Virus record (IMG/VR): IMGVR_UViG_3300025132_000021
Coordinates: 96,343-160,342 of that record
Source of the DNA: a virus
Length of the DNA: 64,000 bases
Direction: 5' to 3' (one strand)
Both the position numbers and the translations under genes were made by a program. Under the pieces are notes generated by a model. The model saw only the letters and a list, made by a program, of their open reading frames with translations. It made no database searches and had not been told where the DNA came from. Below are positions 10,288-18,784 of the stretch, in pieces. How positions within the stretch are numbered: position 1 is the stretch's first letter; every line of letters starts with the position of its first letter.

Positions 10288-13200
10288 TTTCTCAAACAAA
10301 GTTTGTTGTTTGCCTAATTCTTTGCTTTCAAATGTTTCGGCTACCCATTTGCTCACTTGAGCATACAAGCCCGCAATATAATGATTACATCCATATTTGT
10401 CAATAAGGGTCTGCATCAGTCCATCATATTTACTAACACCACCTTCAGTCACAGTCAAAATCAAACGACCGGGACATAAAGTTTCTACTTCTTCGCCCGT
10501 GAATGGGTCAGTCTTGGTTTCCATAATAGTCCGACACTTACCACTCACAGGCACACGGCGATAACTTGCCCCACACTTAGGACATCTAACCTTTTGTTGC
10601 CCATAGGCTCTTAGATTACCTCGCATATCTCTGATAAGGTGTCTGTCTATCAATTTACTGGCTTGTTCTTTATTGTCCACAGAAGCCAACATCTCACCTA
10701 ATGCGAACTGTTCCATAGTTTTCCTTCGCATAGAATCTAAAGTATTGTAAGGATTGTTTCTTGGACCTGCTGCACAATCTTCAGTATCGTGCGTATAGCC
10801 GATTTTACCTACGGGCAATTCGCCAGCATCGGTTAAAGTTTCTACAATGGCTATGCCTTCAACTTTCAAAGCCGACTTCGGACTTGGTGGTTCATCTGCC
10901 TGAGTCAATTCATAAAACTCCACAGGATATTCCCAAACCACATCTACATTCAAGGCTTCTTTATCAATTTCAGTAGCCACAATTCTGGTTGTCAAAGTCA
11001 AAGGTGCGTCCATGCGTCCACCACGACTCTTAGGTAAAAACATACGGCTAAAGTTTATTAGTCCTTCTGCCAAGAGCAAGATACAATCAATATCTCCATC
11101 ACAATTTCGGCGTTTCGCTGCATGATAAAATGGATGTCCGTAATGACCTTTAACACCCGCTACACCAATGATACGAGCCAATACTGCCCCACTGGTATGC
11201 GGTGCAAGACCCATAATCAATTGTCCAATCAAACTTTCTTGAGGGTTATCTTCGTTGATTTCATAAAAAGGTTCAAGTTCATACATGGTTTCTAACATAT
11301 CATTAGTAAATCTCATAGCGGCGACCAAAGAGTTCACACAATTTTCAGCAACCACTACATCTTGAGGCATCAATTCAATAATCTGGTCATCTGCGACCAC
11401 AGGTTTTCCTTGACAATCTACCACATAACCTAAATCTACTGCTTGTGCTGCCGTTAGTCCGATTTCATCGGGTCTAAAATGAGTCATGGTAATATCTACC
11501 ATGTCAAAGCGAATAGTGCCATCACGGAAGGCACTCGTTCCATTTCGGTGTCTTAACACTCCTTTGAGCATAGCCTCTGGAGTTTTCTCAGCACTTCGTA
11601 GACCTTTGCTACCTTTTACTTCAGGTTCAGTGGCTTGATGAGTAGTTTCTAAACAATCTTTCCAAATCTCCTCTGTCCCCAGATGTTGTTTAATGACTCC
11701 TACAAAGTTTGTTTCCGTTGCCTCGTGCGGTGCTGTCGCATCGCCCGAACAAACACCCCGCCAAGTCTGTGTATCACAAGTTGGACACACACGGACACCT
11801 ACTGATACGCTTTCGTTCTTGCGAGCAGCATCACGAATACGGCGTTGAGAACCAGAGTTAAAACCCACAGGCCAAAGCCCATGCACAGGAGGATTCATCT
11901 CCCGATGTTTAGAACCTTCGGGCTTGCCCATTCTGGCTCCAATTCGCAAAGTTGTTCTGGGTCGGATTTCATAATCGGCCAAATCATTTAACCACTCTAT
12001 TGCGGATTCATAAATACTTAAGTTTATTTTCAAAGATTTCTCAACTTTGGCTAATAAATTAAGAACTAATAAACTTTCATCTCCAAACAGATTGCCCTCT
12101 GCGTCTATGTTAATCTGCGCTCGGTAGACCAATTCCCTAAACTTTTCAGGAACTTGAATCTTTTCTCCACACAGGCTAATCGTGATATTACTCATCAACT
12201 CATAACCTTCTTCGGCTGTCAAATCTTGCCAGCCTGTGGCGACATATTGAGGTGCAATTGGCACGCCATAAACTTTTGATTGTTCTACCGCTTCCAAGAA
12301 ATTAGCAGGTGCGCTAATCATTTCTTTCTTTAACACAGCATTGTGCCATTCTGAAACATAAGGACTCGGAGGAAGTGGATGGTTATTTTCTAAGAACTCA
12401 CCTAATGGAACTAAGAGTTCACCCAAGTCCCAAACTTTACGAATCGGCCACTCTGGTTCAGTTGGCAGAACCGTCCAATCGTCCTCTGGTTCTAATCCTG
12501 CTAAAACTTTCAACTCTGCATCGGAATTAAACCTCTGTGCCGAACCATCATTAAGTTCTACATAAGGTCCGTCAATACTTGTGCAAGGAGTTGCCACAGT
12601 TGCTTTACCCGGTCTCTCATATTTCATTTGAGTTCCACAGATAACGAAACCTGCCATAGCCATCATAGTAACTGGGTGCATAGCAGTTGTCGCCAATCCT
12701 GCTAATCGGCTTCGCCCATAGCGCAATCTTAACCCGCCGCTTTGCATGGGCAATCCAAACAAAGGTCGTCCTGCTAAGAAATCACTCATAAACTTATCAC
12801 TTGGTTTAATTTCCGTAGACCCTGTTTTTGTTTGCACAAAACTTTTTAGCCAATCCCAGCCATCAAGTTCTAACGCTTCCACATATTTTAGAATCTTTGG
12901 TGCTTTCAGAACCAGACCTTCACACATAACCAACAGCATACCTTCACGAACTTTGTTAGTTGGCACTCTGGGTAAATCACGCTGTCCTGTGACTTCACCA
13001 CCCACGCCTTCACCATCAACATAAACAGGACAATTTTGGGCAATTACTTCTAATTGAGGATTACTTGGTCTGTATTGTAGACCACGACTATATTTAGAAA
13101 CTTCTTCCTTGTATCTTTCCACTTCTGCAAAAGTAACTTTCGGAGTTCCCAAACCAAAATCACGGCGTAAGACATCTGCAATCAAAACACTAAGAGCCTG

Positions 13201-13848
13201 ACCTGTTCCACCTGCTGAACGAATTGGTCCAGCATAGTTCACGGCTAAACATTCCGTAGCGTCATCATTAGATAGAATCCGACAGGATACTACACCTTCC
13301 AGTGGGGCTACAAGGATTCCTTCAGTTAGCACCGCCAATCCTGCACAGATACCATGATACAAACAAGCAGAGATTCTCAAATGTTCACCACGAGCCTTCT
13401 GCGCTTCAGTTTCATAAGTTTCTAAAGTTTCTTTCCAATTGGCTTTTCCAATGTCATTATTGAATCCCATAACACTTCCAGTGCCTCCGCAATCATCACA
13501 CGGAACTTTCCAAGTGGGTGTTTTAGCAATTTCACCAGAACCATTACAAGGTTTGCACTTTTGTTTAACACCATACAATAAACTTTCAGCCGTTACAATA
13601 CGAGCAATATCAATTGCTACCAATTCACGGTTTCCATCGTGAATCTCTGTTAATTCACGGATTTGCTCTGCGGTGCGACGAAGATGTAAGAAATCCAGAA
13701 GTTTTTGAGTTCGGTCTGCCAAGTCGCTGGCTCTTGGGATTTCTACTGTTAAACGAGGGTCTAAACCTTTCGCACGAGCCTTATCTGCTAATTGATAAAC
13801 AACATCACACTCTTCTTCTAATCTCTGAATGTATGCTTCATAATCCAT
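10282..13848 (-). CDS. polC: DNA polymerase D large (catalytic) subunit DP2
   Basis: ARAKGLDP..VEIP, YAGPIRSAGGT, RLRYGRSRLAG, RIGARMGKPE, FRDGTIRFD, catalytic HAAKRRNCDGDxD, RGGRMDAPL, GNLRAYGQQKVRCPKC..YRRVP. Confidence 0.95.
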   Translation of the reverse strand: MDYEAYIQRLEEECDVVYQLADKARAKGLDPRLTVEIPRASDLADRTQKLLDFLHLRRTAEQIRELTEIHDGNRELVAIDIARIVTAESLLYGVKQKCKPCNGSGEIAKTPTWKVPCDDCGGTGSVMGFNNDIGKANWKETLETYETEAQKARGEHLRISACLYHGICAGLAVLTEGILVAPLEGVVSCRILSNDDATECLAVNYAGPIRSAGGTGQALSVLIADVLRRDFGLGTPKVTFAEVERYKEEVSKYSRGLQYRPSNPQLEVIAQNCPVYVDGEGVGGEVTGQRDLPRVPTNKVREGMLLVMCEGLVLKAPKILKYVEALELDGWDWLKSFVQTKTGSTEIKPSDKFMSDFLAGRPLFGLPMQSGGLRLRYGRSRLAGLATTAMHPVTMMAMAGFVICGTQMKYERPGKATVATPCTSIDGPYVELNDGSAQRFNSDAELKVLAGLEPEDDWTVLPTEPEWPIRKVWDLGELLVPLGEFLENNHPLPPSPYVSEWHNAVLKKEMISAPANFLEAVEQSKVYGVPIAPQYVATGWQDLTAEEGYELMSNITISLCGEKIQVPEKFRELVYRAQINIDAEGNLFGDESLLVLNLLAKVEKSLKINLSIYESAIEWLNDLADYEIRPRTTLRIGARMGKPEGSKHREMNPPVHGLWPVGFNSGSQRRIRDAARKNESVSVGVRVCPTCDTQTWRGVCSGDATAPHEATETNFVGVIKQHLGTEEIWKDCLETTHQATEPEVKGSKGLRSAEKTPEAMLKGVLRHRNGTSAFRDGTIRFDMVDITMTHFRPDEIGLTAAQAVDLGYVVDCQGKPVVADDQIIELMPQDVVVAENCVNSLVAAMRFTNDMLETMYELEPFYEINEDNPQESLIGQLIMGLAPHTSGAVLARIIGVAGVKGHYGHPFYHAAKRRNCDGDIDCILLLAEGLINFSRMFLPKSRGGRMDAPLTLTTRIVATEIDKEALNVDVVWEYPVEFYELTQADEPPSPKSALKVEGIAIVETLTDAGELPVGKIGYTHDTEDCAAGPRNNPYNTLDSMRRKTMEQFALGEMLASVDNKEQASKLIDRHLIRDMRGNLRAYGQQKVRCPKCGASYRRVPVSGKCRTIMETKTDPFTGEEVETLCPGRLILTVTEGGVSKYDGLMQTLIDKYGCNHYIAGLYAQVSKWVAETFESKELGKQQTLFEKL

Positions 13849-13888
13849 GGCTACGCCTCTCTATGATAACATAGGGGCTATCACTGGC

Positions 13889-16597
13889 TTAAACTTGTCC
13901 GTCCATGAAAGAATATGGGCTACGGTCGTTAATAGAAACAACTTTTAGTTCACCATTCCAAACTAAAGTAGAACCATTTTCTAACTTGCGAGAAGGAATT
14001 GGTGCTAACGCCAAATCAGGGAAAGACCCTGAATCTTTAGGGAAACCTTTCTCTACATTAAAACTTTCAATTTGCATCTCTGAACCATCTGGGAAAATCA
14101 GATAAATAAAATCTTCAGAATAAGTGTTGCCTAAATCTACGGCCACTACCATATCTTCGGATTTCCAATCCTCCATTCCTACATCATCAGCAGCCATTTC
14201 TATCCAGTTTAACAAATACTCGGCTAATTGAAAACTAATGTTTTCTAATCCATCGTTATTCTTTTCTTCAAAAGAAAGAATTGGTTGTCTAAGCATAGTA
14301 ATATCGCCATCATTATATCCTAAATAACTAAAACTAAATTGACGAGGTGAGCGAGCATTAGCATCTCTAATAAAACCAAAGTTTTTACTACGATAGATAC
14401 GGGCTAAGTTTCGGTGAAATACTAAGTTTTCATCTGACATCCAGAGCCAAAACAAATCAGCATCACTACTTACTGAACTTTCAGCCCCTTTTGCTAATGC
14501 CTTGTAGCAAGCACACTTTGGTTCAATTGCCGAGCAACTCATTGGCTCAGGTGCTTTCATGCAAACACAAGGATTGGATTTAGTAGCACCACAGCAACAC
14601 GAAGTTTTGCTAAGTTTTTCTTCAGCATCACGACGGCGTTTGAGCGACGGTGTTCCGTCCAGAGGAGTCCAGTTCACAGGTTCTCCAAACTCCATTGGTC
14701 TTTGAATAGGTGCAGAACCTTCTTCAGATGCAAAAGGATTTAATTTTTTAGCAGCAGTTTGAGCCTTATCTTTAATTTTTTGAGTTGCTGGCATCTGTTC
14801 TACGGTAGACCTTACTCCACCATATTTGCGGTTGCACCACTCTTCTTGTCTTTCTCTTTCCTCTACCAATGCCGACTCATCTTTAGTATTCGCAAAGACA
14901 GATGCTTTAATTGCATTCCCGAACTCTTGATAAAATGCTGCTTTTTCATTATGTGTCAGACCTGAGATTTCGGGGGCAACATCTTCTACCAACATATTAA
15001 CAATCATTGAGCAATTTATGTTCTTTTGAGGAGTTGAATACAGGGTGTAGTTATCATCACCAGCCCGACAATAAATACCCATAGCCCTCGCAATAGGCCA
15101 TGCCAATCTTTTAATTGCGCCTGATGGAATCTCAAACCGTTGCTTAACATAATCTTTACCTTCTTTCTTATCCACCATTGTTGCTTGTTTAGTAAAACTA
15201 CTAACCATTTCTGCAACACCCATCACTGAAGGTTCACTTGTTGCACTGGCGGTTGGAATCTTTGACATAGGTTCTCCACGAGCCAAGGCCGCTACCACAT
15301 CTAATGGAGATTGCACCACACCAGTTCCACTGACAGTAGGACCAGTAGTGCCTGTTTCTAATTGGGCTAACTCTTCCATCATAATTGATGACAAATCTCT
15401 GTAAAACTTCTGACTTTTATTTCCATAAGGCGGTGCAGCCACGACATAACCATCTTTGGCTAATCTTTTTAATCCACCAATTAAAGCGGCTCGTAATGGT
15501 TCAGTTCTTGATTTTGCCCCATCAACTTCTCCCTTAACATAATCTGCTTGAAAACTTTGTTCAGCACGCATTTCTGGAGGCTTATAGGTGCGACCCAACA
15601 AATCATAGATTTCTTCTTCAGTTGCCCCGCCGAGATACTCGTTGGTATCACGGTCAAACAATCCGTATTCATTAAGTTTCAAACCTTTGCGCTTGGCTGC
15701 CGAGCGCATACCAATGTTATATCCAGAAGGTCCTGTAAAATAAAGTAAGGCTGCGCCGATACCAGTAGGTGTGCTAACTTTAATATCTACTTTAACACCA
15801 TCAATAACTAATTGAGTTTTCTTTTCACCCAACCAATTATATTTCTCATAGTTTCCTTCTAAGTCGGCTACTATTTCTGGCAAAGTAATACCTTCTTTAA
15901 GAATAACTACTACATCAAGGTCGCCCGGGTCTTCCCGACCACGACGATAACTTCCACAAACTTCTACAAAGTCTGCATAAGGTTCTAACATATCTGAAAC
16001 TTTATTGGCTAAGAGTTCTGCTTCTGCACGAGTCATACGCTCTGATTCATCTCGGTCTTCTGCCCCAAACTTTTCAACTAATTGTTTCATAATTTCTTCT
16101 TCACTAATCAATCCTAATCTAACCATAGATTCCAACTGCAACAAAGTTTCTTGCATCTGGGCTTCTTCAATCATCTTTTGATACATCACAGCACGCTCGG
16201 CGTAACCTTTTGGAACTTTACCTCTGACCACGGCATTAAAAGTTTCAATTTCGTCCACATCAACTTCTTCCATAACATACAAAATACGATAAGCAGGTTC
16301 GTCGTCTAAACTTTCTTCTTGGAGAATGTAGGAAACTTGGTCTTCCGCTTCGCCACGAACACCAATGAAAACTTTGTAAGGTAAATCTGCTTTAGTAGAC
16401 ACGGCTTCTAAACTCACGAACTCATCAGCAGGCAAAAGTTCTTGAACACGATATTCCGCATCAAAGTCCATTAGATATTTAGAATTACGAAACATTTGTT
16501 GAGCAAATTGATAAGGCACTAAAACATACCTTTGATTATCTCTGGGGTCAGAAACAATAGTTCCCATAGGAGATACAGAAACAAAATTAAGTTGCAT
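13889..16597 (-). CDS. mosaic polyprotein containing a family X DNA polymerase core (approx. 15566..16036) and a Cys-rich module
   Basis: PolX motifs GSYRRG..GDLDVV, KVDIK, LLYFTG, GLKLNEYGLF, TEEEIY..LG..PPEMR; flanking modules unassigned. Confidence 0.85.
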   Translation of the reverse strand: MQLNFVSVSPMGTIVSDPRDNQRYVLVPYQFAQQMFRNSKYLMDFDAEYRVQELLPADEFVSLEAVSTKADLPYKVFIGVRGEAEDQVSYILQEESLDDEPAYRILYVMEEVDVDEIETFNAVVRGKVPKGYAERAVMYQKMIEEAQMQETLLQLESMVRLGLISEEEIMKQLVEKFGAEDRDESERMTRAEAELLANKVSDMLEPYADFVEVCGSYRRGREDPGDLDVVVILKEGITLPEIVADLEGNYEKYNWLGEKKTQLVIDGVKVDIKVSTPTGIGAALLYFTGPSGYNIGMRSAAKRKGLKLNEYGLFDRDTNEYLGGATEEEIYDLLGRTYKPPEMRAEQSFQADYVKGEVDGAKSRTEPLRAALIGGLKRLAKDGYVVAAPPYGNKSQKFYRDLSSIMMEELAQLETGTTGPTVSGTGVVQSPLDVVAALARGEPMSKIPTASATSEPSVMGVAEMVSSFTKQATMVDKKEGKDYVKQRFEIPSGAIKRLAWPIARAMGIYCRAGDDNYTLYSTPQKNINCSMIVNMLVEDVAPEISGLTHNEKAAFYQEFGNAIKASVFANTKDESALVEERERQEEWCNRKYGGVRSTVEQMPATQKIKDKAQTAAKKLNPFASEEGSAPIQRPMEFGEPVNWTPLDGTPSLKRRRDAEEKLSKTSCCCGATKSNPCVCMKAPEPMSCSAIEPKCACYKALAKGAESSVSSDADLFWLWMSDENLVFHRNLARIYRSKNFGFIRDANARSPRQFSFSYLGYNDGDITMLRQPILSFEEKNNDGLENISFQLAEYLLNWIEMAADDVGMEDWKSEDMVVAVDLGNTYSEDFIYLIFPDGSEMQIESFNVEKGFPKDSGSFPDLALAPIPSRKLENGSTLVWNGELKVVSINDRSPYSFMDGQV

Positions 16598-16623
16598 ATA
16601 ACTAAGTTATACTCAACCGATAC

Positions 16624-18009
16624 TTAAAGATATGGATAAGGAGTAGCACTCCAAACCTCTATGGTTTCCGCACCATATTCTCCAGACATCAATTCATAAC
16701 CAACAAACTTCCAGATTTCAGCCCATGAGCCTCCGCAGGAATTACACCTTACTTCTTGTAAGCCGTTTTCTAAAGAACCCTCGTAGCCAATATCGTCTGC
16801 ACCACACCAAGGACAGTGCATCAATTCTGCCATTTCCATGAAAGTTTCAGCATTCATAGCCTTGTCTATCTCCCAATCTCCATCATTATTCTCTTCATCA
16901 AGATAATTACGGGATACTCCAAGTTCATACACAGGTTCTTTATCCATGACACAAAGTTCATTTTCTTGCCAGAAAAAACTGATGTTATAGGCAATTGTAG
17001 AAGCCCAATCTACGGCTTCCCACGGAATCCAAGCAGTTAATACGATACGGTCAAAATCTTTTCCTTCTTCGCCTTTCATGTGGTCTATACCCTCATGTCC
17101 GAACAATGCCCCTGCGTAAAACTTACTCTGCCACAACCAAGAAGTAATCTTATCTCCATAAACTCCATATTGGTCTTGCTTTCTATTTTCCCAATTGCCT
17201 AATGAATCTACATTAACTGGTGTGCCTACGGGAACATAAAGAACTCTCCATGCTTGCATCATTATTCCATGGTCGTCATCAGAATACATCCAAGTTCCCT
17301 TTTCAAATCTTTCAAGCCAAATATCAAACATCCTCTCAAAGTATTCATCTTTAGTGGTATCTTCGCCAAGTTCCGAACCATCAGGCAAGTCAAACCCTTC
17401 CTCATAAGCCCCCAATCCTCCTCCAGCCATATTATGTTCTGCCCAATGTTTAATATCTTCTTGAGCAGGTGAATACCAAATCCGTTTTATTTCATTTATG
17501 ATATAATCTGTGCAAGCAAAGTTTTCTTCACTTGATTCTGCATCCAATCTACGGGTCTCATTGTTTTTGGGAAATAAACTGCTGCCCCAAAACTTTTTGC
17601 CAGTGCGCTTGGCCTTACGAACTACCATTGGAGTTCCTGTGCTATCACGAGGCACACGGTTTAGATAACCAGACTTGACTAAGTTCTCTAACTCATAAAC
17701 ACGGTTTAACAAATTGCGTCGCCAGTTTTCTACTCGGTGAACTCTGGTCGTTCCAGCAACTTTCACTCCATCTACCCAGTATTGCACTCGGATAGCATCA
17801 CGACCTTTCGCCCGACTGGTCTGCCCAGTCACGCTGGAATAAACTCGGATTTCGCCCTCACCCAAAGGACGGGTGAACACTCTTTCTTTGACAACTCGGA
17901 TTGCCCCACTGGGATATTTACTGGACCGTTCTTCTATGGAAAGTTCCCTAAAACTCAAGGCTTCCATAAAATCTTGCATTTGAGCCACGCTAATATCAAC
18001 ATAACTCAT
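16624..18009 (-). CDS. mosaic multi-domain protein (topoisomerase Zn-ribbon-like module, possible ART-like module, C-terminal Zn ribbon)
   Basis: TTTAAGTA at 18039 (-30); PMVVRK..GKKFWGSSLFP; CPWCG...CNSCG. Confidence 0.55.
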   Translation of the reverse strand: MSYVDISVAQMQDFMEALSFRELSIEERSSKYPSGAIRVVKERVFTRPLGEGEIRVYSSVTGQTSRAKGRDAIRVQYWVDGVKVAGTTRVHRVENWRRNLLNRVYELENLVKSGYLNRVPRDSTGTPMVVRKAKRTGKKFWGSSLFPKNNETRRLDAESSEENFACTDYIINEIKRIWYSPAQEDIKHWAEHNMAGGGLGAYEEGFDLPDGSELGEDTTKDEYFERMFDIWLERFEKGTWMYSDDDHGIMMQAWRVLYVPVGTPVNVDSLGNWENRKQDQYGVYGDKITSWLWQSKFYAGALFGHEGIDHMKGEEGKDFDRIVLTAWIPWEAVDWASTIAYNISFFWQENELCVMDKEPVYELGVSRNYLDEENNDGDWEIDKAMNAETFMEMAELMHCPWCGADDIGYEGSLENGLQEVRCNSCGGSWAEIWKFVGYELMSGEYGAETIEVWSATPYPYL

Positions 18010-18071
18010 AGATTATCTCAAGTCGTGCGACTACTTAAAGATTAAGTATCAAGGACTCGCAGCCCTCATCC

Positions 18072-18331
18072 CATCGGCTTCGCCTCAAGTGTCTACGACA
18101 CAGGGGGCAACCTATCCCTCTGTTGCTACGCAACATTCACCCCATCCGGGGAGAGGAGATTCCTCTTAGGGTATAGTCCACTTACTCGTTGAGGTCGGCC
18201 ATGCGGTCGCTCAAAAGCAATAGTGCTGATGCCCAAAGTCCGACAAAGATACCAAGGTTCTCGTCGTGAGCAAAGTAAATAGCAATACTACCCAAGATTG
18301 ATACAAGGCTTGCACCTAATCCCAACTTTTT
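18072..18331 (+). ncRNA. candidate structured non-coding RNA
   Basis: ATTAAGTA box at 18041 with no start codon at +30; CATCGGC(18072) pairs with GCTGATG(18225); GCCTCAA pairs with TTGAGGT; at least 5 internal hairpins; ends at a T-run; homologous to 39356..39455 (-). Confidence 0.55.
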
Positions 18332-18336
18332 CCAGT

Positions 18337-18759
18337 TCATGCCAATGCCTCCTGAAGTCGTGCCAACAAGTCTGCCTTCTTACCAGTGATAGGAAGGTTA
18401 AGTTCTTTGAGTCGGTCTTTAAGTTGAGCGACAGTCAGAGCCTTGAGTTCTTCAATTTCTTCAGTAGCCGACTCAACAGCAGAGTCCACCGCAGCATCTA
18501 CTACATCTTCAATGCTTTCTCCTGCTTCCAATGCTTCTTCTACATCGTCTACCACATCTTCTGCAACATCTTCTGCGGCAGAAGCAATAGTTTCAACGAC
18601 ACTATCAAGTTCTACATCAATGCCTGTGGCATCTTCAATAGCGTCTTCAATTTTGTCAGCAATTTGTTCAATCGTCTTTCCTCGGTTTTTGAGCCACCAG
18701 CCAGCGACAGCCGCCGTAGCGATGCCCAGACCAGTTAGCAATACGGTGTTTGGTTCCAT
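18337..18759 (-). CDS. membrane-anchored acidic protein with C-terminal SAP-like domain
   Basis: N-terminal TM; LTVAQLKDRLKELNLPITGKKADLLARL is a SAP signature; TTTAAGTA at 18789 (-30). Confidence 0.8.
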   Translation of the reverse strand: MEPNTVLLTGLGIATAAVAGWWLKNRGKTIEQIADKIEDAIEDATGIDVELDSVVETIASAAEDVAEDVVDDVEEALEAGESIEDVVDAAVDSAVESATEEIEELKALTVAQLKDRLKELNLPITGKKADLLARLQEALA

Positions 18760-18784
18760 GATTCTAATAAGTCGTATGACCTAC

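Noticed and set aside
10282-13848. Intein in DP2
   Set aside because: Length is ordinary, the usual insertion region (HAAKRRNCDGD) is uninterrupted, and no intein terminal motifs were seen
18028-18180. Group I intron (GGGTATAGTCC resembles the S element; CGACTA upstream)
   Set aside because: The CGACTA is part of the recurrent promoter motif, no interrupted gene flanks it, and no P/Q elements are recognisable
18235-18315. RNase P RNA (AAAGTCCG)
   Set aside because: Lacks the full GAGGAAAGUCC and the complementary 3' P4 strand
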